Below are positions 19,579 to 31,436 of a stretch of DNA of 32,583 nucleotides, in pieces. How positions within the stretch are numbered: position 1 is the first letter of the stretch; each line of letters begins with the position of its first letter. The position numbers and the translations under genes are program-made. Below the pieces are notes generated by a model. That model saw nothing but the letters and a program-made list of their open reading frames with translations. It had not been told where the DNA came from and made no database searches. Source of the stretch: Catajapyx aquilonaris (Eukaryota); the NCBI GenBank assembly GCA_000934665.2, contig JYFJ02004369.1, positions 1-32,583 of the forward strand. The letters are read 5' to 3'.

Positions 19579-22298
19579 ATGGGCGAGGAGAATCCGGAGA
19601 GATGTCCGCCAGACCCGAACGGACGAAGCCCGTTTCTGCGGTTCATGTTCGGAATGTGGAAGGTGTTGGATGGACCGGTCACTTGGTTCAGGGGTAATGC
19701 ACACTCGCTCACTCAGGGACGAGGGGTACGGCCTGATCAGTTTTCTTGCAGCGTCTGTCGTGCTCGAAACTGTTGAAGGAGGTGCCGTTGGAGCCGGTAC
19801 TGTCACTAGAAACCTCACAGTTTGGCTGTACGTAACTGTGTGTGATGAAGACATTGCATTGTGATGGGTCACCTCACACATTTTGTCATGTCAGGTCAAC
19901 GCTTAGTGTGGAGAGTTTATTATGTACAGTCACAAGCATAAAGATGGTCTACCACCCACATCTTTATGTTCGTGACTGTACATAACGGAACAGTAATAAC
20001 TAGGCAGATATGATACAGTAGAACCCCGATTAACCATCACCCAGGGGACCGGGGCATGGTCAGAAAGCAAAAAAAGTCGGATAAGCTGAGGAGCAAAAGA
20101 AACTTGAAGGATACACAATAAAACATAAACAAATGAAATAAATGTACAATAGTGCTTTCTAACGTAAGAAATAATAAAGTATTTATCTTTTACATACACG
20201 ACTGTATGTGCTGTATTTACAATTTAACTAAGGCAATACAAAACGAATGGGTAGTGTACCAGTACAGTACAGCATTTGCTGAGAATAAAAGATTTCTTGC
20301 TGGAGCAGGATGGTCGTATAAACTGAGGAGTCACATAATAATTCGAGATTAGATAAACAGGGTTCTGCTGTATTGCAATTTTTATTTCATACAGACTGTA
20401 CAGTGGACCTATTGTAATTAGTGGAGGCAGCATGTGTGTGTATGTTGTAATAGCTATAAGGCTAATGTTTCATCAAAATGTGTATCAGTTTTCATTGCAT
20501 TTAATTCATTCTCTGCAGGAAGTGTGGTTGAGCCCAATCGTCCCACTTACCCTTGGTACCACCAGAAGTTCCGCCGGGTGCCAACCATAGACGAGTGCTA
20601 CGAGGATGACCCCATCTGCGTCTTTGAGGCCAACGCGCAGTTTAAGAGGGACAGGTTGCTGTTTTTTTAAAATTCTTCAGCTGGTGTCACATATTAGTGG
20701 CTAACGATATTTTGATGGATATTTTGATGCATGTGTCTTTATTTTTAAAATGGTTGCACATGGGGGACAGTTGTTTTCCAGGATAAAGTGATAAATGACT
20801 ACAAAATAAAAATTTTTGGGCCACTGTGAAAGTTGTTACTGGCTAGCAGCACCAAAATTTTTCATTGTGTTTAACTGAGGCAACAAGAATGCACCAATTA
20901 GGTTAATTAACCATGCATTTTCTTAGAGGGACAGTGGAATACACTGCACCATGGATTTTCTGATAAACTGTACTTGCAGCTACTACGAGGGGCATTAGGA
21001 AAGTCTGCACTTTATTTTTTTGCCACAAATACATGCATGTCAGCAGATTGACTCACATTATCGAGAGAACCCTCCTGGAGCCGAATGCACTGGCGTCATA
21101 GGTATGTCAACCTCTCCTGTCCCTCCTGGTACCACTTTTTGGTTGTACTATGCCCCCACTCCCGGACAACTGCTTCTTGTTCAACAATGTCCTTGAAATG
21201 GCGTCGGTGAAGGTTTTTTTTTCATGGACTTGAACAGGTGAAAGTTACTGGGTGCCATATCATACGACAGGAGTACGATGGGTGTAGAAAGACCCAAACC
21301 CAGATACACGAAAAAATTCCTTCTCCAATGCCATTTTGAGGACATATGTTGACAGTTGTTTACAGTGAGCAGTTGTCAAGGTGCGTCGCACCACCAAAAA
21401 GTGGTTCCTGGAGAGCCTAGAGAGGTTGCCACACCCGTGATGCCAGCGCATTTGGCTCCAGGAGGGTTCTAGCAATAATGTGTGCCTATCTGCAGACCTG
21501 CATGGGCCCTGTATTTGTGGCAAAACAACAATAACAATAACAATAACAAAAAAAAGTGTACAGACTTTCCTACTACGCCCCTCATATAACAAAAGCTGAT
21601 ATAAAACATGTGCCTGTGATTTAGGCTGGCCAATCAGGTGGTCCTGAAGTCATTTGTTCATTGGGAAGGTATAAAAGTATTACATATAACTGATTTTATC
21701 CACTAGGCAAGTGGACACAGAGATCCTAAACATCCTGCGCATGAGAATGGAAGATTGCATGGTGTATGAGGCCCCTGACCATGTGGCCAAGTGCAAGCAC
21801 CTTCTGGACATCTACGAGAAGGGAGCTGAGAACTGGTTTACCAAATGTGAGTTTTTCCATATTTTAAAATACTTTCTGCACTTATTATCATTATTTAATT
21901 ATTTTGCAATCATTTAGTTTGTGCAAGCACAACAGGTCGTCTCAAATGCACTTGATGTAGGCTGAAGTGAGAGCTTTTAATTTTGATACAAAGAAAGACA
22001 TCTTGTATGTAGAACTGGCCTGGTTCTATGAATGCAAGTCAAGGGAAAGTCTCCCAAGTATGCATAAACATTCGTATTGTCCATTTAAAAAAGAGTGTTT
22101 GATCAATATCAGCATGCAGTTATTGTAATTAGTTGATACAAGAACACTTCCTAATTGACAGATGGTGATTTGGGAGTGTATGGAGATGTCAAGACAGCAT
22201 ACATGAAGCAAAAGCACCGCATGATTTGGGAGAGGAGGCATGGTCCTGTTGGTAGTGGGATGAAAGGTGCAGGATGTGCACCAACAGAAGCTGCATGA
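19579..22298 (+). CDS. NDUFB10: NADH dehydrogenase (ubiquinone) 1 beta subcomplex subunit 10 (PDSW), 175 aa
   Basis: Exons 19579-19693, 20519-20654, 21707-21846 and 22162-22298 (GT-AG, phases 1, 2, 1) give LDGPVTWFR...YPWYHQKFRRVPTIDECY..D..C..EA..QFKRDR.VD.EIL.ILR.R..DC...W..KYGDLG......AYMKQKHRM, the characteristic NDUFB10 sequence. Confidence 0.95.
20016..20370. mobile_element. pogo/Tigger-like MITE in NDUFB10 intron 1
   Basis: TA|CAGTAGAACCCCGATTAACC ... AGATAAACAGGGTTCTGCTG|TA: imperfect TIRs with TA TSD. Confidence 0.65.
20986..21584. mobile_element. Mariner-derived foldback MITE in NDUFB10 intron 2
   Basis: TA|CGAGGGGCATTAGGAAAGTCTG ... CAGACTTTCCTACTACGCCCCTCA|TA, with inverted arms of about 230-250 bp. 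The minus strand near 21285-21150 translates, with one frameshift, as HPSYS/DMAPSNFHLFKSMKKNL, matching the mariner HPPYSPDLAPSDFHLF motif. Confidence 0.85.
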
Positions 22299-22610
22299 GG
22301 AGCAACATTTAAGGGAAGTCAGAGGTGGCAAAATTTTCCAAGAGTGGTCAATAGTCAAGGAATCAAATTTTTGCTTTTCCTGTTACCTGTTCCTGGGGTT
22401 TGACACTCGATAGTGTAAATTGCGGGATTAAAATAATAGTGATTCAATAGTACATTAGCATTTTCATTCCACCTGTGATAACTGATAAGATGTCATTGAA
22501 AACTATTGTCAGCTATAAATTTGTGGCTAGTGTGATTAAAATTAATACATCATGTGAAAAGTTCAGTCATTTGTGTTGGGAAGGATCTCTCAGTAACATG
22601 CAAAATGGAC

Positions 22611-22616
22611 TTTATT
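22611..22616 (-). other. Candidate polyadenylation signal (AATAAA) of the DNAI2-like gene
   Basis: TTTATT on + lies about 105 bp past the stop codon at 22722, within the 423-bp convergent gap to NDUFB10. Confidence 0.4.
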
Positions 22617-22721
22617 TGTTCTGCTTCTTTGCCAGTGAAACGGAGTATCCAATTTGGAAGTGTATCCTTTAATTTCTTGTGGGACAAATGTTTGGCTGCA
22701 TGTCTAAGTCTCTGATTCCCC

Positions 22722-25700
22722 TTATTCTTTGGGCTCGGCTGCGTCAGCTTCCGGGGGAACCACAGTGACACTTGCCCTTGACTGGCTTCTCTTCGAGGTA
22801 GCCATTCCGGTGTAGGATGGAGAGGCAGACCCTGCACCCAAGGTTAGGGAGGAGGAAGCAATTTCTGTTGCAGCAGTACTATCCTCCTCAACCTCAACTT
22901 CACTGATGTCATGCAGGCCCATGTCCAAGGAGTATGTGCGCATCTTCACATTGGCCAGTATCGAGTCCGAAACTTCTTGTGGTAGCAGTTCATAATGCTA
23001 AAATATTGAGTAGTTGTGAGTATAGTGTGAAAAATAATGTGTGTTTGGAACAAGCACCTTATGCCCTTCTCTTAAAGATGACAATTCATTTAATCTCGAA
23101 CCCATGAGGAAGTTACTATGTGCCCTCAGTGGCTCCTATAGGCTGCTATAATTGCATTCCTGTGTGATCAACTTACCTCCATGACAGTCTCCAAGAACTC
23201 CTTTTCTGCTTCTGCAACCAACTCTGTCTCCAGCTCCTCCTGAGGTTCTAGAGCATCATAAAAATCCAGGTCCTGCAATCAAGTACCAATCAGCCACATT
23301 CAAACAAGATGTTAATATAGTGAAAGTTATCTAGATAATGTATTGGTGGCAATCATGAAATTCTCACTGACTGTCACTTTTAGATTGGAAAAAAAAAGGT
23401 ACTGATAGTGACGTAGGAGGGTGTTAGCTATAATTCACTTTCATTCCCTTTGTTATGTCACATTTTGAGTCCTTCCCTGACAGCAGAGGTACCTTTCCTT
23501 GGAACCAAAGCTAGTTCAGGCTAGTACTTTTCATGTCATAAATGTGCCCACATAATGCACAATTACTGAATGAAAAATTGGATTGGGAATTTTAGCAAGT
23601 TTTCCGTCAAGAGGCACTTGTTTCTTTTGGTTGTTCAAACCAAGACTGTTGTACCTGGAAGTATTCATGGTCCTTCTCTCCACCATCTTCTGGCCCAGCC
23701 ATTTGTTGGCCACCTCGAGCCCCAACATCCTCATCCGGCTCATCCTCGCCCATCACTCCTTCTACATCGTCCTCATCATCCAGATTCTGCAAACCCAGGA
23801 GCTTGCTCCTCTTCTTTTTCTTCCTGGCAGCTTCAATCTCCTTCTTTCCTGGCCCTAATTCCATGTCCGGCTTTGGTTGTTCTTCATCTTCGTCCTCTAT
23901 CAAGTCTGAGTCTTCGGAACTTTCACTGGAAGTTTCTGGTACGGTGTACGCTTCTTCTGCTGCAGGCTCTGCTAGAAGTCCATCTCCCTCTTGACCTGGT
24001 ACTGATGAAGTCGACCCTGCCATGTTGACCTGGCTTGTTCCCATACCCATGTAGGGGTCAGCTTGCTCTAAGGCTCGGAAAATGTCTGATTCCGCAGATA
24101 GGGTATCAACGTCAACACCAGCCAGTTCTTCATCTAGGTATTCCAGGCCTGAAGAACAAAAGGCAATCAATCAGTCATTCATCATCAACACATTTAGGTG
24201 CATATTGTATTGTAATGCCTGTTCACTGTAAGTAGCAATAATATTAGTTGTAGTTTTCATGACGTGGACCTATTACCATGGGATGTAGTGAAAACACTTT
24301 TAATTTTCTCTCGTTAGTAAGTGGTACGGTACCGTACTGGTTTTTAGTGACTGATCAGACATTTTGCCCGATCCTTTTCCTTATGTGCCAATAATAAAAA
24401 GAGCTTAAATTAAGGTGGGCTCACATGACATACGATGGTGATGTTCATTCTTCAGTCATCATTTTCTGCATTGTTGACATTATTTTATTTCCAACATCAA
24501 CAATGTAGGGAACACTAGGGAATGAAACCATTTGGAACAAAATGAACATCACCTTTTGTAATCTGTGCATGGGTGTGAAGAGAAACTCACGCCCAATCAC
24601 CAGGTAGACTGATAGTACTTGCGAAACTAATATAGGGATGTGCAATTAGTTTTGGCCGCCGTGCCGTAGCGCAGTTAACCCCTTGAGCCCCAACTACACC
24701 CGCCAGTGCCTAGTTTTCCGCTTATGAGTACTCTGAAGATACGGACAAGATATTTTACACAAAATAACAGCTGTACTTACCCATTTAGGGAAAACACTAT
24801 GAATGTGTCTGGAACAATTTTCCTCATCTAGAAGTCTCTAAATTAATTTCCTAAAATATCGCTGTAAAACTCGAAATCGAGTACTTCCGGCCAACTACTT
24901 GGCTGATTTAATTATGAAATACATTAAAATACACGGAATAACAATATTGAGAGTAGCGCCAGACGAATTTGCTGAAATCGTCCTACTTTGCGAGAAATAA
25001 ATGATTTCTTATCTGTGACTTTCCTGTTACTTCGGAAATCTCCCAAATTAATTTATTTCTCGTGAAGTACGACGATTTCAGCAACTTCGTCTGACAAGGT
25101 TCTCAAGGTTAATAATCTGTATATTTTCATGTATTTCATAATTTAATCAGCCTAATAGTTGGCTGGCAGTTCTCGAATATCGAGTGTTTTTACAGCAATC
25201 TTTTTGGAAATTAATTTAGGAACTTCTAGTGGAGGAAAATTGTTCCAAACACATTCATAGCATTTTCAATGAACATGTATGTATAGCTGTAATTATTTTG
25301 TAAAATATATTGTCCTTATCTTCAGAGTGCATGTAAGGGCAAATCTAGGCGAAGGCCTAACAGTTGGCCAATAGTCATTGAATTTCAAGTTATTACTTTT
25401 GAAAATTAATTTAGGGACTTCTAGACGAGTGAAAATGGTTTCAAATGCATTCATAGAGTAGGGCATGAACATGTAAGTGTATCTGTTATTATTTGTGAAA
25501 TATCTTGTCCTTATCTTCAGAGTAAGTGCAAGCAAAAATCTTTCCAATGGAATTTACAGTGATCATTTTGGAAATTAATTTAGGGAATTCTAGACAAGGA
25601 AAATAGTTTCCAAGTTATACCTTATGTTTTCCCCGAACGTGTAAGTATAGCTGTTATTATTTGTAAAATTATGATATAGTTATCTTCAGAGTACGTACAA

Positions 25701-28700
25701 GCCAAAAACTAGGCGCTCACAGTATAGCTATACTCTGCAGTGATCCTCTTGGAAATTAATTTAGGGACTTCTAGACGATGAAACTGGTTCCAAACACATA
25801 CGTAGCGTAGAGCATGAACGTGTAAGTATAGCTGTTATTATTGGTGAAATATCTTATTTGTTATCTTCAGAGTACATGTAAATTTAACAGAAACGAAAAT
25901 CTAGGCAATGCAATGGCTGTATGGCTGGGGCCCAAGGTGTTAATACATACGGCGCCTGGAAAGTTTTGTGACATCACATCCGTTCCGCCAGCTATAAAAA
26001 AATCAAAAGCCAGCTCGAGGGCCTCCAAACAATCCAGCCTTGGGTCGGTAACATATCGCCCATGTGCAATAGGTGATCAAAAATCCCGTCAAAGTCAGAA
26101 TGTGGGTATGACACCCATGCACTTGTCATTTTCACCTAATATTTTACCATCTGGCCCTCTATACTTTAAAGGCACCATACACATTAACTATGCAATGGAG
26201 CCAAAAACTAATTGCACACTAATATAGGTCTATATTAGTTTTGCGAGTACTATCAGTCTACCTGGCGATTTGGCACGAGTTTCACTTCACCCTGTATAAG
26301 AAAAGCAGCTGATTCAATTAAAATTGTTTCTGAAGCAGACAACAAGCAGTCACTTCAGCCTCACCGAGTATCGCAGCATCAAACTTCTCGAGGGCTCGTG
26401 AATCCTGCATAGCATCCACATAGTCAATGGCCCTTAGCAAGGAGGAGGTGTCCGCCCCCTCAAAAAGGTTGGGTATGCCAAAGAGATCTGGGTCATCTTC
26501 TGGTCCAAGTAGGTCTTCCTCCCTTTCCAGGTCCATCATGAGCACAGCGTTGTTTATCTTGTCGTGACCCCCATCCAACTTGGCCTCTCCTGATGCCAGC
26601 ATTTCCAGTATGCAGTCCAAGCTCATACTCTCATCTTCCTCTGGGAATTCCACTTCTAGCGTTTCACTTAACTTTCTGCTTGCCTCCTGCAGGAGCGTCT
26701 CTGCAGACTTGGCAGGTGTTGCACCTGAAGACGCTTCCCTCGACATCTCCTGCGTTAGGGAGGAAAAAGCAGGGTTAATTAGAGGGACTTTGCTCTTCCC
26801 GCAGGAAGATCAAATTTGGCTGTGTTGCGTGCATTGTACTGGATGTGTCTGGGGTCAGGTTTTTCAGACTATGACAATGTATCAGAGGGTGCCATGTGTG
26901 CCAAATGCTTTACTGGATATGCGCTTATTACAGTCTAAGCCTGCTACTTGATTGATATAACTGATTTGATTGTCATGGAGCTTGATACAGTAAAGTCAAT
27001 CTTGCGATCTATGGTAGTCTCACTGTCAGATGTTATATTTCAGAGCAGTTCATAGTGGCACTTAATAATAATTTGTACCCCGTGCTAGAGCCATGGGCCC
27101 TCTTAGGGGGGTGGGATACCACCATATTTTTAAAATCTGGAACTCTTGCTTTCGTCTTTACTTCTCGTATATGGGGATGGGATAGGGACGAAAGGAAGCG
27201 GCTGTGGCCTATAATTACAGACACGACCCCGGAATTTTCCTGGTGAGACCATGGGAAACCACAGAAAACCACGGTCAGGGTCGGCGGCCACTGGGATTCG
27301 AACCCAGGACCTCCCGATTAGCAGTCGGATACCATATCCCCTCCGCTACCACTGCTTCGGCCCTAGTGGCACTTAATTTAACAGTAATTTTCTTGTGCGA
27401 CTTTTTTATGAGAGTATGTACTGATTGACTAATGAAACTGTAATATTTACAAGAGTCAAATTTTGAAAGTCACTGGAAATTTTTTCCATGGCCAAAAGTG
27501 CATGTTGCTTATGTATATTGCCAACATCTAATTCACCCAAAGGATCTTGTTTCTGGGCAACAACACATTCTTTGGAAATATGCCCAACACAGTGAAAATA
27601 TTATTGTTAGCCTTCATGCTGCAATTTTGTGGCTGTGGATTTGATTCATAGTAAAGGTACTTTATTTGTGCCTTTCGATAAAAATCAATTTCAAGAACCT
27701 TATCATTAACGAATGAGTTAATTATCTCATTTCCATCATGAATCCCTTCAGAGAATGTACAGTATGTATTGGGATATTTGGAAACTTGGGCAGTGCTCTT
27801 CTCTGCATCAGATGCCTCTGCGAAAGTCAGTTAAATGCTTTTTTACAAACATGATTAGAAGATGTTGAATTAACTGTACTCTGCAGTTTCGAAATGCATT
27901 TGTAGTGTTGAGAGTAACTTGCACGGCCACCAATATTTATTTCAAACTGTATTAATTGGGTGTTTAGGCCAATTCTGGAACATCTCCAATATTATGCACA
28001 GGGATTCACAATTATTCGTAACAAGATATTTCCATTCAATTTGTTATTAATACAGGCCCTTGATCCCATTGAAGATGATGTGGCATCAGGGGCCTACTGC
28101 AGGCCAAAATGAAGAAGTAGGACATTCCTTTCCTCCCCCCCTCCTCCTCCTCCTCCTCTTTACCTTAATGATGTCGAGCTTTTTCTTGTAGATACCTTCC
28201 CTCTTCTTGAACTTCTTCATAGAGGGGGCCTCATTTGGCCCTACGGCTGTCTCCATAAGCTCCTGGGAGAGTTCATGGGCTATGGCTTCATACATTTCTG
28301 CCTGGGTTTCATCATCTGGAGGCTCTTCTTCGTCTGAAACGATGATCTCTTCGGGATTCAGTCCCGCTCCAGGTAGGCTATTTCGGCCTGGAGAGCATGA
28401 AATTTGAGGGAATGGTTCTTATTACTGTCAACAGAAAGGCTTATGGACATTATCATGCTACAAAGTGCACCTCTGTAGTGTCTTGAAGGGGTTTCAGCAA
28501 GGGTCTTTCCTCTTTGACCTTTCTTAGTAATATGGGGTAAAGCAAGTGAAAACTCACGCATGATTGAGCCCTGTTATTAGATGTGCTCAACTTGCATCAT
28601 GCTGAGTTAGAGGGATATTTTATGAAAATAGTGGAAGTAGGCCTTCCTTGACTTATTATTTGTAATGCTTACTAAGTTATATTATGTACCTTCCCCAGGG

Positions 28701-31436
28701 CCTTGCTGTTGTGATAATTCAGACTGAAGCGATTCTGTTTCTGTTGATCCTGAGGTACCCGACGAGTGCTCCGCTGACGGCTCCTTTGGGGGCGATTCTG
28801 TGTCTTCAAACTGCCTGAGAAATGTCATAAAGTCAGGTACTGACATTTCTGCCATGGATGGGACGCCCCTTGGGAGGATCTCTGCAATTTGCCCCAAGCC
28901 TGAGTCCTGCCGCTCCCTCTCTTTCAGCTTCAGTTCTTTGTTTCGCCCTTCCAACATGCGCTCCCTTCGCGTTTCTCTTTCAAATGCAGCACTCACAGCA
29001 TTCTTGTCATTCTTAGGGGTGAGTTGGGCCTCCCTGCTGAGCCCCACAACATAGATGCTGCCATTGACTGTGCCTGCTGCCAGGAAGCGGCCTCCCTCCT
29101 GGACACGGAAGGACTGCAGACGGGCGTCACACAGCTGGTACGTTGACAAGGGGTAGGATTGGCTGAAGAGCATATCCCACACGTCGATGGCCCCATCCTA
29201 ATGCGGGTTGAATAACAGGGTTTGAGGCAAAGTCAGCTGCTTTGTCAGTGAGTGTGTATATGTGAGTATAAATGGGGAGGCAATGGATTATTATCTTGCA
29301 CACAAGATGTGATTGTAATTATTTAGCAGTTTTCAAATTAAAAGTTTTAACCTCCCACTACCCATACACCTTTGTACCTGTCTGGCACCAAAGAATTGCG
29401 ATGGCCTAGTCCAGCTCCACCCTGCTCCCACAAGGGGCACGCAATGGTCTGGCCTGAAGGTGAGGATTGCCCCCTCCCTGGCTTCTTCTGAAAAGACCCT
29501 GGCAGTGCAATCCCCAACGGTGAGGAAGTTTCGTGGGTAGACGGGATGCCTGGTTATGGTGTATACAGGGCCGGTGTGGGCACTGTACACTGCTCCAAGC
29601 TTATCCGAAGGGGACTTCCCTTTGCGGGAGCAGACAGCCACTACTCCCAGCTCTGTCCCTGCGATAAATTTGGCTGGAATTGTTGACTCATACTCAATGA
29701 CAGAACAGCCCTGAGCATGGTTTACATCTGAGGAGTAATGAAAAAGTATTTTAAAATGTGTAAGACAATTTCTATCAATAAAATGTGTAAATCTGAAAAA
29801 GAAAGGTACAGTATACTTGCAGTATTCTTTTATTGTGAATCCTGCATCATACATAATTATACAGTATTTGAATACTGAATGAAAACAGGACATTCATATA
29901 TAATACTGACTATTTCTTTCATTATTATAAATGTTAAAGATAATTTAATAACATTACTGGATTTAGATTCTCGCTTTACTAATATTTTGCATTTTTTAAA
30001 TATTAATTGAAAAGTCATGACCTAGCTCCTTGATCCCCTTTCGTACATCCATGATGAATGAATCAGTGATGTCACTCATCTTGCGTGTGTCCCACCACTT
30101 CACCATGCCATCACTGGAGGCAGTGAAGAACTCAGTGGAAGCCTTGGTGTTAATCCAGTGGATACCAGTGACTGGATCAGTGTGGGACATCTGAACGGTG
30201 CACAGCTCCACTGGATCTGAGGATTGCCTGGTGTCCCACCAGGTCACAAACCCAGAGTAGAGACCTCCAAAGAGGATGTTGGGGTTGCGTGCGTGGTACG
30301 CTAGAGACACGATGCCTGATGGGGAGCGAAGCTCCGTGTCCACCTGATGAGGGTTGTCTAAGAGTGAGGGCAGGCATAATAACATTGTAATCAATTTAAT
30401 AAGGTACTGGAAACGTGTAAATGCTTTAAGGAGCATGTGCTGCAGCAAAGGATGAGAAAATGACTAACTCATCTGCCATATGTATGAGTTGGTGCAGGCG
30501 TCTGGTATCCCTCCTGTGTACTTGAGCGAGCAAAAGGTGCAAGCTATGTGGGTCCCCTCAGGTGAGAACACCAGAGAGGAGACAGGCCTCTTGTATCCAC
30601 TTGGATCACGGAAGACGGTAACACTCCGGGCCAACTTCTCCTTGGTCGGTGAAAACACTGCCTCATCATCCGTGAAGAATGACTCATACACGTCAATTGC
30701 ACTGTTCTGGCGCAGGATGGGCTCGAGAGACTGTCATAAGATATAGAGTTGAATTATGTTATTGGGATATATATGATCGAATTAAAATTCTCCTTCCCTG
30801 ACTGTAGTTTTGTCGTTATACACTTGGTACCAACATGTATAGAATATACCAGATGATTCAGACAAACTTCTAGGGTGAACTCTTGTGAACCCATCTCTGT
30901 GCAGACAAAGTGACACTTCTGCTTCAGCACTCAAAAGTTCGCGCCCAAAGTGTGTCTAAATCATTAACACCCTGTGCAGATATGCAAAATCGCTTACACT
31001 GAAGAGTCCCATGACAGTCTGAGAGTAGCTCTCCTCCTTCTCCGTCTTCTTCCTGTACCTGGCCACCACCTCCGGGTCCTGCGGATGAATGTCTTTAGGC
31101 CATCCTCCTTCTGCATGGTTCATGCCAGAAACAGTCAGGGACACCCTCTCTGTATTGACCTGTGGAGATCATGCAGTGTACTCAATACCATACAGCACAT
31201 TCTCATTCATCTGGGATATAGTTAGTCAAATGCTTGAAATGACATACCGCGGCCTCATCCCTCTCTACGAGATGCCCGACCCCCACGTCGACTGGGTTCT
31301 TGTCCACATAGTCCTGGAGGAGATTCGGATCTTCCAGTATGTCGACTATAAGCTCGGTGGGTCCATCGCCGACTCGATCCAAGTGCCGTCCGAAATCAGA
31401 CCTGACCTTGCGGTACTTGTACACGTCCGAGTCCAT
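22722..31436 (-). CDS. DNAI2: Axonemal outer-arm dynein intermediate chain 2-like (WD40) with a long acidic C-terminal insertion, about 1093 aa
   Basis: Exons 31436-31248, 31159-30998, 30730-30469, 30357-30022, 29727-29378, 29197-28690, 28387-28164, 26749-26365, 24148-23655, 23272-23177 and 22997-22722; all GT-AG, phase-consistent, 3282 nt in total. DNAI2 motifs: YKYRKVRSDFGR, GMNHAEGGWPKD, SHTDPV...WIN.K..TEFFTASSDG.VKWWDTRK, IEYESTIPAKF, HTGPVY...P..FLTVGD, ERETRRERMLE and LVAEAEKEFLE. Exons 7-11 are less certain than exons 1-6. Confidence 0.85.
24568..26294. mobile_element. Tc1/mariner-type MITE (outer element) interrupted by a nested insertion, DNAI2 intron 8
   Basis: Inverted repeats GTGAAGAGAAACTC..CCAGGTAGACTGATAGTACTTGCGAAACTAATATA (about 24575-24633) and TATATTAGTTTTGCGAGTACTATCAGTCTACCTGG..GAGTTTCACTTCACCCTG|TA (26231-26296). 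The left terminus is degenerate. Confidence 0.75.
24679..25939. mobile_element. TTAA-flanked (piggyBac-like) non-autonomous element with subterminal repeat array
   Basis: TTAA|CCCCTTGAGCCCCA ... TGGGGCCCAAGGTG|TTAA. An internal unit of about 170-195 bp (GAAATTAATTTAGGGACTTCTAG...TTATCTTCAGAGT) occurs once inverted on the left and four times on the right. Confidence 0.75.
27067..27363 (-). mobile_element. tRNA-derived SINE, family 1, copy 2 (DNAI2 intron 7)
   Basis: Colinear with 17850-18139, with B-box GGTTCGAATCC, a short TTA tail and a 14-bp TSD TAGTGGCACTTAAT (27053-27066 and 27364-27377). Confidence 0.9.

Noticed and set aside
18236..19881. Several 130-170 aa ORFs on both strands
   Set aside because: They derive from SINE, microsatellite or GC-rich promoter sequence, or are antisense to NDUFB10 exon 1; no domain signal.
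25200..25900. Repeat array resembling CRISPR
   Set aside because: The units are 170-195 bp and similar along their whole length with no unique spacers. There are no cas genes and the context is a eukaryotic intron.
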